This document shows positions 10,445 to 19,497 of a DNA stretch of 64,000 bases, piece by piece (within the stretch, counting starts at the first letter, position 1; each line of letters starts with the position of its first letter). A model generated the notes under the pieces. The model ran no database searches. It saw nothing but the letters and a program-made list of their open reading frames with translations, and was not told the DNA's origin. This DNA is from Candidatus Micrarchaeia archaeon. GTDB lineage: Archaea > Micrarchaeota > Micrarchaeia > CAILAH01. The stretch lies in assembly GCA_038874595.1 (NCBI GenBank), contig JAVZCB010000001.1:96001-160000 (forward strand). The letters run 5' to 3'. Position numbers and translations under genes: made by a program.

Positions 10445-10957
10445 TTGTTGGGTCCTGGTGTGAGGTTAAGTATACTTCAAAAGAAGTCCGGAGAATGGTT
10501 TGATATGGAATCACATAGTGAAATAAGAGGTAATATTGTTGCAGTAAACGTCAGCGATTCCTGTTCAGGTGATTGGACTTTAAACTTAAAAATTTCTGAA
10601 GATTTGAGAAAATGTGAAGTTGCGGCTGTAACTTCTTCAGGAACAACAATTCTTCATGACCAAGTCAAGCATAAAACGATGGTTTTGAAGGCGAAAGATG
10701 AGAATGAATTTTATAGCCTATTGGGATTGGCATACATACAAGAAGATCGCCTTAGGATGAAAAGAGTGAGTTCTAGGACTAAAGTTCCGGTAGAAATATC
10801 TAATCGATTTGAGCTTGTGACAATGAGTAGCCTGGGCAAATTCGGACCAATGCGCGACAAGATTGCAGCAATAGTAAATAAAGAAGATTATGAGAGAATC
10901 GCATTGTTATTTTATTTACAGAAAATTGCCCCAATTTTGGACAAATTTAAAATTTAG
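10445..10957 (+). CDS. Hypothetical protein
   Basis: 170-aa ORF with GGAGG RBS before a TTG start; no motif recognised. Confidence 0.7.
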   Translation: MLGPGVRLSILQKKSGEWFDMESHSEIRGNIVAVNVSDSCSGDWTLNLKISEDLRKCEVAAVTSSGTTILHDQVKHKTMVLKAKDENEFYSLLGLAYIQEDRLRMKRVSSRTKVPVEISNRFELVTMSSLGKFGPMRDKIAAIVNKEDYERIALLFYLQKIAPILDKFKI

Positions 10958-10970
10958 AGGAGGTGAAATA

Positions 10971-11045
10971 ATGGCACGAAGAGTATCTTTCACAAGAAGC
11001 AATGGGAGCAGAGTTTGCTTCTATTCCACACGTAAGAGGCCTTGA
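10971..11045 (+). CDS. 24-aa basic microprotein MARRVSFTRSNGSRVCFYSTRKRP (not in ORF track)
   Basis: Strong GGAGGTGA RBS 5 nt before ATG, directly after the upstream stop. Confidence 0.55.
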   Translation: MARRVSFTRSNGSRVCFYSTRKRP

Positions 11046-11090
11046 ACTGAGAAGAACGTCTTAATAATGGAACCTAGCAATTGTCACATA

Positions 11091-11840
11091 TTATTTCTTT
11101 TGGTTTTGGAAAAACATTTTATTAAGAAAAGGTGATAGTAAGACTGGATCAAAAACTCTTTTCATTATGACTCTTGAATCAAGTTTTGTTTTCTTAGATG
11201 CAATCTCCATTATTGAAAAAATTTTTAAAAGGGTATCCAACCCCTCTTTTTCACAAAGGCTTTTAGCTTTGTTTAAAATTACAATATGTTGTTCTTTTGG
11301 TAAGTCAAACCTTAGTAGGTCAAACATTGAAATCTTAAGTGTTTCAAAATCTTTATTATTGAATTTTTCTCTAAATTTGTAAACTTCGTCATCTTTTAAT
11401 TTATTTACATAAGTATAAATTTTGTTTGAAAGTTGATTTGATTCGATTTTTCTTATCTTCGATTTCTTTGATAAAATTATTTTAGGTATTTGATTGTTAA
11501 GTATAGCGTATTTTAATTGATTTTTTTCATTTGCATTAAGTTTTTTGGAGTTTGGTGCAAGATAAGATAGTACAGGCAGTAATTTTGAAATAGGTAGTCT
11601 AATTTTTGAAATATCCTCTTTTGTGAATGCACTTCTTAACCAATAACCTCTAAGAAGTAGCGCTCTACTCACATAAATTTTTTTATTTTGAATATTCCAA
11701 TACGTTTTTTGTGAAACCATTTTATGCTCAACTAAGAAATCCCCCAGTATCCATAATTTTTGTATTTTTTTATGAGGATCAATCTCTCTTTTGTATTCAC
11801 TAGTCATTTTTTGAAGGGTAATTAAGATATAATCATTCAT
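11091..11840 (-). CDS. Hypothetical Lys-rich protein, weak resemblance to DUF1016 N-terminal domain
   Basis: ATG overlaps the GHKL ATPase stop; LWILGDFL...SRALLLRGYW pattern. Confidence 0.65.
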   Translation of the reverse strand: MNDYILITLQKMTSEYKREIDPHKKIQKLWILGDFLVEHKMVSQKTYWNIQNKKIYVSRALLLRGYWLRSAFTKEDISKIRLPISKLLPVLSYLAPNSKKLNANEKNQLKYAILNNQIPKIILSKKSKIRKIESNQLSNKIYTYVNKLKDDEVYKFREKFNNKDFETLKISMFDLLRFDLPKEQHIVILNKAKSLCEKEGLDTLLKIFSIMEIASKKTKLDSRVIMKRVFDPVLLSPFLNKMFFQNQKK

Positions 11841-13626
11841 CTTCTTCAACCTCTGCAACTTTCTTTTTAATTTCTTCACGTTTGTCCCAGAGCATTTTCT
11901 CAACTTTTGCAATTGTTTCAACTATCTTAACGTTTTTGTCCTTGCTATCTACTTCAATACCTTTCCTCTTGTAATATAGGTCAAGAAACCACGGTGTGGT
12001 AACGAATGCCAAATATGAGATAAATCTTTTTGTTATTTTCTTTTTCTTAGGAGTATTTAATCTCTCTAAATAAAAAGGATGTATTGAATTAATAACAATT
12101 ATTTTATCTCCCCACATATCTGAAGGAGGCATTTTTTCACCAAGTGGGTGAAAATCAAATTGTAAGCCTCGTTGCTTTATTTGTTTGTAATTTATTTTGT
12201 TACCATCATCAGATGAAGGTACTTCCCCCTTACTTTCTCCGATATTTGATCCTATCTGACCAGAGGTAGCATTTTCATTTATTTCACGTGATAAACCAGT
12301 TCTTATTTTACCTGTGCCTTTGTAGTCTTTGTTACCGAGTATAAAACCAGCACCTATGTCAGCGATTCCACTAAGCAAACCTTTGTCTGATTTTATTTCA
12401 CGTGTCCTTGCAAAGATATCGGTATCCATCTCCTTCGAAACATCACTAAAAATATCTGATAGAAGATCCGACAATGATTTTTCGTGTTCTTTTATTTTAT
12501 TTTTGTCAATCTCATCAAATTTTTGTTTTACAACAGCAGTGATTTTTGCAAGTTCTGAATAGATGTAATCACGTTCATCGGAGGGAGTAATATCTGACCT
12601 TGTAATGTCTATTTCAATTTTTTTCGTAATATCAAACCGTCCAATAATTTCTGGTCTTTCCCATACTGTATTGTCAATGTTATTCTCGTTACAATAATCC
12701 TTAAAACTCTCAAGTCTTGGTATCTCCCTTATGGTTGTACCTAATCTGCTGATACGTGGTAAGTATTCTTTAATCACGGGATTTTGATTAAGATATGTCG
12801 GTTCAATAATTTTGAAATAATACGTGGCAATACTTTTGTTGTTTTTGTCTTTAATTTCACCAGAAATGACCTCCCCAGGTATAGTGTTATAATCCAAAGG
12901 AGATATTTTGATTATTTGTGGTTTGCATACACTGCGCTTTTTGGTCCATCTATAAATATATATCTCAACAAGATTGCTACGTATAAACTCTTCGAAATGA
13001 ATTGGGATTGTGGTAATTAATTTTTCAGAGATGTAATCAAAAGAACTCCTTCTCTGTTCCTTTTTTGTAATTCCCTCAACAAATACATCTGTCCCATGAG
13101 TTCTTGTTATCCTATAATATTGGAATGCTCGTAAATCGAAAATGGAACCGAATACAGGCATCTGAACTTTCTCTTTTTCTTCATTTAGGTTCCCATAAAT
13201 TTCATTTCTTTCAAAGGATAGTAAATTTGTCTTTGGAGATTCATCTATACTTGTTGAATAAATTTTGATTGTGTCAAACCACCCTCTGAAAGATTGAATA
13301 CCATATCCAAATTGACCAGGTGTCCAAGCGTAAGCTTTTTTCTTTGAATTGAAAGTTTTTGTAGGTAATTCGCTAAGTTCTTTTCTGGTCATCCCAGCAC
13401 AATTATCTTGTATGATAAATCTCTTCCTTGTGGTATCAATATGAACAAGAATTTTTCTTGGCAATATTTCTTTACCGTATTTTTTTTCCAGCTCAATCGC
13501 ACTATCAATGGAGTTCTGTATATATTCATAAAGAACTGCTTCAGGTTGGTGGTACAGTGCAGCGATTCTTTGAATGATCTCCATTATTTGTTCATCTTTT
13601 GGATTATCTAGAATTCTTAACTTCAT
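11833..13626 (-). CDS. GHKL (HATPase_c_3/MORC-like) ATPase
   Basis: EYIQNSIDS (N box), IQDNCAGM (G1), GQFGYG (G2), GTDV. Confidence 0.85.
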   Translation of the reverse strand: MKLRILDNPKDEQIMEIIQRIAALYHQPEAVLYEYIQNSIDSAIELEKKYGKEILPRKILVHIDTTRKRFIIQDNCAGMTRKELSELPTKTFNSKKKAYAWTPGQFGYGIQSFRGWFDTIKIYSTSIDESPKTNLLSFERNEIYGNLNEEKEKVQMPVFGSIFDLRAFQYYRITRTHGTDVFVEGITKKEQRRSSFDYISEKLITTIPIHFEEFIRSNLVEIYIYRWTKKRSVCKPQIIKISPLDYNTIPGEVISGEIKDKNNKSIATYYFKIIEPTYLNQNPVIKEYLPRISRLGTTIREIPRLESFKDYCNENNIDNTVWERPEIIGRFDITKKIEIDITRSDITPSDERDYIYSELAKITAVVKQKFDEIDKNKIKEHEKSLSDLLSDIFSDVSKEMDTDIFARTREIKSDKGLLSGIADIGAGFILGNKDYKGTGKIRTGLSREINENATSGQIGSNIGESKGEVPSSDDGNKINYKQIKQRGLQFDFHPLGEKMPPSDMWGDKIIVINSIHPFYLERLNTPKKKKITKRFISYLAFVTTPWFLDLYYKRKGIEVDSKDKNVKIVETIAKVEKMLWDKREEIKKKVAEVEEDE

Positions 13627-13636
13627 ATTTTCGGCC

Positions 13637-13870
13637 TCATAAATTAAATTGTTCAAGTGTGGATTTTTTGAAAAGTGATTTTACACGTTTTGTTTCCTTT
13701 TCAATTGCAGTAAATATTACATTCACTTCTTCATCAGAATACTCATAAGTAGAGATATTTGAACAATTTTCTAATAATTTGAGAGTATATAAAGTTTTCC
13801 TAGTTCTAGCCTCAGTGATACGTCTGAATTTCTCATTTTTTGTCTCTCCCGCAACAGATATTTTTACCAT
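13637..13870 (-). CDS. Small conserved helical protein (KFRRITEARTRK...NCSN...YEYSDEEV type)
   Basis: First gene of the three-gene minus-strand operon; pattern recalled from hypotheticals next to DNA-modification loci. Confidence 0.7.
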   Translation of the reverse strand: MVKISVAGETKNEKFRRITEARTRKTLYTLKLLENCSNISTYEYSDEEVNVIFTAIEKETKRVKSLFKKSTLEQFNL

Positions 13871-14197
13871 ATAATCATCTAATACTATTAGTATTGATAA
13901 AAGCAAATATAAAAACTTTTTCATTTTATGTTGTATATATTGCGGCTCTTAAATATCCAAGCGTTCCGTTGTATGAGGCATCTAAATTTTCATACCCGCT
14001 CTTAAGTTATGATTGGAGGTGGTCAAGGTGATGCAAAAATACATATCTATCTTAAATTTTAGGCTCAGATGATTATCTTTAATCTCTGGACATTCTATTG
14101 TAAGTAATAATTTCAATGATAAGATATCTCCGACTATTGAAAAAGAGTGATCTTTACTCAGCTTCATTAAGTTATTTTTATTCTTTATTTATACCTA

Positions 14198-14278
14198 CTA
14201 CTGGAAGAACCACTGCTTTACTGCTTCTGTTGTGATGCAATAGAAAAACAAAATTTCGAATACGATGGCGATGCCAAG
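14198..14278 (-). pseudogene. Diverged copy of the mgtA 3' end
   Basis: 63/78 nt identical to 16757-16834; encodes LGIAIVFEILFFYCITTEAVKQWFFQ* versus LDIAIVFGIVFLYCITTEIVKQWFFQH. Confidence 0.92.
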
Positions 14279-14318
14279 ACATATTTTGGTGTATCTTTTC
14301 CCTTACGGCAAATGTAAG

Positions 14319-14522
14319 AAATGCGAGAAGTGCGGCGGCAAGCTTCTCTTAACAATCAACAAGGGCGGGATTGAGAAATACATCAAGCTGGCCAAATACC
14401 TGATTACAAAATATGGACTTCCAGAATATACGATGCAAAGGTTAGAGAGAGTTGAGAAGGAAATCTCATCGATATTTGAGGATGAAAAAAAGAAGCAGTC
14501 CTCACTGGCACAGTTCCTCTAA
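14319..14522 (+). pseudogene. Diverged copy of the polC 3' end (last 67 codons plus stop)
   Basis: 177/204 nt identical to 8912-9115, with only one amino-acid change (D to G). Confidence 0.97.
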
Positions 14523-14567
14523 TACTATTTTAAGCTTAGAGTACCTAATTATAGATGAGCTGATTTT

Positions 14568-15134
14568 ATGGGAAAAAGGAGTGGAAAGAAGGGTAATGAA
14601 TACTCTGATGCCGTATTCGTGGGTGTCGGAGGCTGCGGGATCAATACGGTCTCAAGGCTGTCAGAGCTGGGAATAACCGGCTCAAAGTTCGTACTTGTGA
14701 ATAAGAAGGGCGATAACCATCCCTCATCAGTGAAGGGCGCGTCCGAATTGATCGTTGACATGCCGTTATCAACGCGCATGCCGCTCCCAGACAAGGAACT
14801 TGGCGCTTTCAAGAGCCAGCTCTCCGAGGAGCTCAAAGGCGCCGGGAAGGCATACATATTCGCAGGGCTTGGCGGCTCAACAGGTACCTCCCTTGCGCCG
14901 ATTGCCGCGCAAACAGCCAGGGAAATGGGCGTGGAGCCGGTCATAATAGTCACTCTTCCGTTTGAGGTTGAGAGGAATAGGTGTGAGATTGCCAGGAATA
15001 CGCTCCCCGCGCTCAGGGATATCCCCGGCCAGCTAATAGTCCGCGACAACAACGATTTGGTGAAGGAGTGTCCTAACCTATCGATGAAAGAGGCATTCAA
15101 GAAATTCGATGAGAAGCTCATAGGACAGCTCTGA
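14568..15134 (+). CDS. Short FtsZ/tubulin-family protein, N-terminal GTPase domain only
   Basis: VGVGGCGIN, AGLGGSTGTSLAP, VTLPFEVE, DNNDL, EAFKKFD; stops before the T7 loop and C-terminal domain. Confidence 0.8.
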   Translation: MGKRSGKKGNEYSDAVFVGVGGCGINTVSRLSELGITGSKFVLVNKKGDNHPSSVKGASELIVDMPLSTRMPLPDKELGAFKSQLSEELKGAGKAYIFAGLGGSTGTSLAPIAAQTAREMGVEPVIIVTLPFEVERNRCEIARNTLPALRDIPGQLIVRDNNDLVKECPNLSMKEAFKKFDEKLIGQL

Positions 15135-15281
15135 TTAATTTCCTTTTATTTTAGGGTTTCTATGATATTTGTTTATGCAGTTATGTGTGGCACAAAAGAC
15201 AGACAATTAAGTAATCTTAAAATCCAAGGTAAGGCGTTTTGTAATATTTTATATATTTATATCTTCACTAATGATAGGATC

Positions 15282-15893
15282 ATGGATAAAAAAACTGTCT
15301 TTGAAATTGTTAAAAAATTACAATTTGACACTAAAAAAATTATTTACAAAAAAGGTAATACCTCTGTATATATTATAAGACCATCTAAATTATCTAAGCG
15401 ATTTAATGAGTATGATGTGCATAAGAATTTCCAGATATTCCTTAGGATTGGTGAACGTGAATTTAGGCCAAATCATCTTAGGGTGATGATTGATCTTAAC
15501 CTAAGGATTCGCAGCCGCCCTGAACTGAAGAAAAAGCTACTCCTAGCGTTTGACAATATATTCTATGGAGCAGATCCAGAAAAGGAACTGAAAGCTCTGT
15601 CCCGACAGAAGTTTGAGCATTTTCTAAATGATTTGATAGTTATTGGTACACTTGCCCAATTATTTGTGATTGAGCAGGAATATTGTTATCACAGAAAAAG
15701 TAATTTTGATCCACCAACTCTCTTTTTTCAGGGCTGGGTTAGGGAATTTCTAGATAATCCTAAGGAAATAGATAATTTGTGCATGAGCGTTTGTAAAGGC
15801 CTACCTCCATTACAAAAATATGTATCTCGTGAAAATAAGAAAAGCAAAAACTATTCAAAGAAACTTAAGCCCCTTTGGTATCTTAAATCTTAA
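15282..15893 (+). CDS. Hypothetical protein, candidate restriction partner of the convergent MTase
   Basis: AT-rich 203-aa basic ORF whose stop overlaps the MTase stop; no catalytic motif recognised. Confidence 0.6.
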   Translation: MDKKTVFEIVKKLQFDTKKIIYKKGNTSVYIIRPSKLSKRFNEYDVHKNFQIFLRIGEREFRPNHLRVMIDLNLRIRSRPELKKKLLLAFDNIFYGADPEKELKALSRQKFEHFLNDLIVIGTLAQLFVIEQEYCYHRKSNFDPPTLFFQGWVREFLDNPKEIDNLCMSVCKGLPPLQKYVSRENKKSKNYSKKLKPLWYLKS

Positions 15894-16663
15894 TTCTCGG
15901 ACCATGCTTCAACAAGTTGCTTCTGAACTGCACCTAGGCGTTTTTTGGCAATTTCAATGTATTTTTCTTCTTTGTCTATACCTATTGAATTCCTATTAAG
16001 CATCTTTGCCGCTACCGATGTTGTTCCTGAGCCAACAAATGGATCTAGGACAGTATCACCTTCATTTGAAGTTGCAAGTATGATCCTCTTCAATAACTCT
16101 AGGGGTTTTTGGGTTGGATGAATACCATATTTTTTTTCACTCTTTGGTGTTAAAGGTATTTCCCACACATTACGCATTTGCTTGCCTTTATTTATAGATT
16201 TCATCAGTTCATAATTAAATACCCATTTCTTGTTGCTATGATTCTTTGTTGCCCAGATAAGATGTTCTGTGGATTCAGTAAACATGCGACACGTTATGTT
16301 TGGCTGGGCATTTGGCTTGAACCATACGATTGAATTGTTAATCTTTGCCTCATATATATGCTGAAGGATAAAACCAATCTGATAAATGTTATGGAACGAG
16401 CCACATACCCAAAAGCTCCCACCATGCTTCAAAACTCTCATACATTCCTTTATCCACTTCTGATTGAACTTAAAGAATTCGTCTTTCTCAAATATGTCCC
16501 ATTCTTCTGTAAGCGTTATGTGTTTGCTATATGCCCATCCCAGACCCTTCTTTTTCGCTAATCCATAAGGCGGGTCAGCAAATATCAGGTCAACTGATTC
16601 ATCAGGCATTTTCTTTAGCTCCTCAATTGCATCACCAATAATCAGCTGGTGAGTGGTCTTCAT
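15890..16663 (-). CDS. Beta-class N6A/N4C DNA methyltransferase, DpnA/M.MboIB-like
   Basis: DPPY before HPTQKP and DPFVGSGTT; PNITCRMFTESTE...FNYELMKSINKGKQM resembles the DpnA group. Confidence 0.92.
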   Translation of the reverse strand: MKTTHQLIIGDAIEELKKMPDESVDLIFADPPYGLAKKKGLGWAYSKHITLTEEWDIFEKDEFFKFNQKWIKECMRVLKHGGSFWVCGSFHNIYQIGFILQHIYEAKINNSIVWFKPNAQPNITCRMFTESTEHLIWATKNHSNKKWVFNYELMKSINKGKQMRNVWEIPLTPKSEKKYGIHPTQKPLELLKRIILATSNEGDTVLDPFVGSGTTSVAAKMLNRNSIGIDKEEKYIEIAKKRLGAVQKQLVEAWSEN

Positions 16664-16726
16664 AAATTCATTTCACGTAGATTGTTTAAAAACATTATTA
16701 CAGAGATATTCCAGTTATTTTAAATA

Positions 16727-19324
16727 CTAATAGCTATTCTCAAACTCCTTATAATGCTGGAAGAACCACTGCTTTACTATTTCTGTTGTGATGCAGTACA
16801 GGAACACGATCCCGAACACGATTGCAATATCAAGCGCGGATGGAACTGCAAAATTGAAATATTGGCCCACCGCGGGAAGTGAGACCACCGCAACCGCAGC
16901 GGCTGTGATAAACAGCGAAGATGTGATTAGCAGCCTGCTTGGTATGCTTGCAAAGAACGGCCCGCGCGTTCTCACTATGAATGTTATGAATATCTCGGAT
17001 AGCAGCGATTCAAGGAACCAGAGCGTTCGCAGCAGTGCCGCCCCTACGCCTAACACGTAATAGAATACTAATATGGTGAGCAGGTCAAACAGTGAGCTTA
17101 ACACACCGAAGAATACCATGAAATGCGAGATCATCTTGACATTCCATTTCTTAGGTGTCTTGATAGATTTCTCATCCACGTTATCTGTTGATATTGCGAG
17201 CATTGGGAAATCGCTGAGGAAGTTGTTCAATAATATCTGTACCGGAAGAAGCGGTATAAATGGAAGAAACAGCGGTGATATAATTACAGTGCCCATATTA
17301 CCGTAATTTGCGCTTATTGTGTTGAGTATATATTTTGTAATATTAGCGAACGTTTTCCTGCCCTCACGCACACCATCTGCGATTACCCTGAGGCTCTTAT
17401 GTGTCAGGACAACATCCGCTGCCTCTTTTGCAACGTCCTGTGCGGTATTTACTGAAATCCCCACATCAGCAAGCCGGAGAGCTGGTGCATCATTAATACC
17501 ATCACCCATAAACCCGACGATGTGGCCGTTTGCACGGACAGCTTCAAGGATTCTTACTTTTTGTGCAGGTGTAACACGCGCAAACACATTGTATTTCTCA
17601 ACAACCTCGTGTAATTTTTTATCATCTATATTATCAATCTCCTTGCCGGTGATTACGCGTTTTCCCTTAATCTCGAGCTTTACATCCTTACATAATCTCT
17701 TTGTAACATCCGGGTCATCACCGGTTAAAAGCATCAGTGATATGTCCAATTCCTTAAACTGCTTGATTGATTCAATAGCAGTTCTCTTAGGCTCGCTCTT
17801 AAAGAGCATAAACCCTTCCAACGTTAGCTCGCGCTCATCTGCAACAGAGTAATCATTCTTTTGTGGGACGGCTCGTGAAGCCACTGCGAGTACAGAGTAT
17901 CCTTCCTTTGCAAACCCCCGCACAATCTCATTTATCTTTTTCCTAACACTATCAATCTCAGTTTTCTTGCCGTTGATGTTGGCATAAGCACATACAGAGA
18001 GCACAGATTCTGCCTCACCTTTTGTTATAAGCACAATCTCCTGTCGTGATTTTCGCTTGCTTGTTTTCTGTGATATTTTAAACACTTCGCTCATCCGTTT
18101 CCTTTCATAATCGAACGCAATATCATCAATGTTTGCATACCCATCCGGCTTTTGGATATGATGAAGGTTCGCATATCTGATTATTGCAGTATCATATACA
18201 TTTCCAGAAATGTGTTTGCCGTGCGTATGCGCATGACTGCACAGCAACCCATATTTCAGGACACCCCAATCATCATTACCTAACGGTGCAACAGTTTTCT
18301 CAAGCATAAGTTCCGGCTCGGTAAGCGTACCGGTCTTATCCATTAGCAGCACGTCCATGAGCCCAACATCTTCGATTGTGGCGAGCTTTTTAACCACGAC
18401 TTTCTTCTCAGCCATCTTAAGTGCACCTGCAGACAACGTGATGGTAGTGATTGCAGGAAGCATCTCAGGTGCAATGCCAACAGCCACTGCAAGTGCAAAC
18501 AATAAAGATTCAAGGATACCCCTGCCAAGATATGAGTTTACAGCAAACACAAATATTGTCATTATTACAATGACCTGGAGTGTGAACGTACTGAACTTCC
18601 TGATATTAACCTGGAAATCAGATTCAGGTATCTTTGCTGAGTATAGTGTAGCGGTCCTGCCAAAATGCGTAGATTGACCCGTGGCAACCACTATACCTTT
18701 TGCAGTACCGTAAGTTACAGTGGTCCCCATAAGTGCATAATTCTTAAGCTCATATGCTGCCGGCCGTGCAAGCTTAATAGGCGCCGTACTTTTCTCAACC
18801 TCGCGCGACTCACCAGTTATTGCAGATTCATTCGTACGGAAATCTTCACATCTGACCAAACGCATATCCGCAGGCACAACGTTCCCGATCTCAAGCAGGA
18901 CCACATCACCGGGTACAAGGTCCTCCGCATTGATTTCTTCCTGCCGTCCATCACGTATTACAACAGCCTTATTTGAAAGATACCTCTTGAGCTGGCGTAG
19001 CGAGTTTTCTGAACGGTACTCTTGATAGAACCCGAGCAGTGCACTTAACAGCAGTATCGCTATAATCGTGAGCCCCTCTGTTGTATCCCCAATGTATAAA
19101 GCTATGACTGAGGCAAAAATTAGTATGAATATGAAAGCGTTATTAAACTGCGAAAGCAGTATCTCAAGCCATGAACGCCTGTCCCTCTCTGGGATTGAGT
19201 TCCTTCCGTAAACCATTCTCCTGCGTGCAACTTCATGTGCGCTTAGCCCTTTCTCAGGATCAACCTTAAGTGCAGCTGCAACTTGATAGCTTTCCAATCG
19301 CCAATATTCACTATTGTTATTCAC
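16727..19324 (-). CDS. mgtA: Magnesium-translocating P-type ATPase (P3B-like)
   Basis: [55 protein letters not shown]; probable GTG start at 19324. Confidence 0.88.
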   Translation of the reverse strand: MNNNSEYWRLESYQVAAALKVDPEKGLSAHEVARRRMVYGRNSIPERDRRSWLEILLSQFNNAFIFILIFASVIALYIGDTTEGLTIIAILLLSALLGFYQEYRSENSLRQLKRYLSNKAVVIRDGRQEEINAEDLVPGDVVLLEIGNVVPADMRLVRCEDFRTNESAITGESREVEKSTAPIKLARPAAYELKNYALMGTTVTYGTAKGIVVATGQSTHFGRTATLYSAKIPESDFQVNIRKFSTFTLQVIVIMTIFVFAVNSYLGRGILESLLFALAVAVGIAPEMLPAITTITLSAGALKMAEKKVVVKKLATIEDVGLMDVLLMDKTGTLTEPELMLEKTVAPLGNDDWGVLKYGLLCSHAHTHGKHISGNVYDTAIIRYANLHHIQKPDGYANIDDIAFDYERKRMSEVFKISQKTSKRKSRQEIVLITKGEAESVLSVCAYANINGKKTEIDSVRKKINEIVRGFAKEGYSVLAVASRAVPQKNDYSVADERELTLEGFMLFKSEPKRTAIESIKQFKELDISLMLLTGDDPDVTKRLCKDVKLEIKGKRVITGKEIDNIDDKKLHEVVEKYNVFARVTPAQKVRILEAVRANGHIVGFMGDGINDAPALRLADVGISVNTAQDVAKEAADVVLTHKSLRVIADGVREGRKTFANITKYILNTISANYGNMGTVIISPLFLPFIPLLPVQILLNNFLSDFPMLAISTDNVDEKSIKTPKKWNVKMISHFMVFFGVLSSLFDLLTILVFYYVLGVGAALLRTLWFLESLLSEIFITFIVRTRGPFFASIPSRLLITSSLFITAAAVAVVSLPAVGQYFNFAVPSALDIAIVFGIVFLYCITTEIVKQWFFQHYKEFENSY

Positions 19325-19497
19325 AGGACCACATAAATACTTCTGCCAAATACTTAAAAAGGCATTATGTTGTACATGCACGCGCAGGATGAGGGTGCCT
19401 GGTAGCACGGTGGTAGCAGAATTTTAAATCCGGCAAGTGCGCAACTGGAAACCTTCATACAGAGCGCTTTTATAACTCAGGTTGTAGAATATCTACC

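Larger units (their letters stand above)
9116..14197. mobile_element. Cargo cassette A: AT-rich variable island between the polC end and a remnant mgtA end; no integrase seen
   Basis: Visible shift to AT-rich composition after the polC stop; bounded on the right by duplicated mgtA and polC termini. Confidence 0.75.
14523..16726. mobile_element. Cargo cassette B between the second polC end and intact mgtA
   Basis: Same flank architecture as cassette A; holds the FtsZ-like gene, an unknown gene and a DNA MTase. Confidence 0.65.

Noticed and set aside
14265-14522. 85-aa stand-alone PolD C-terminal (Zn finger/PIP box) protein
   Set aside because: The ATG comes from the antisense strand of the mgtA remnant and the first two Zn ligands are not natively present; best explained as a duplication scar, although expression is not excluded
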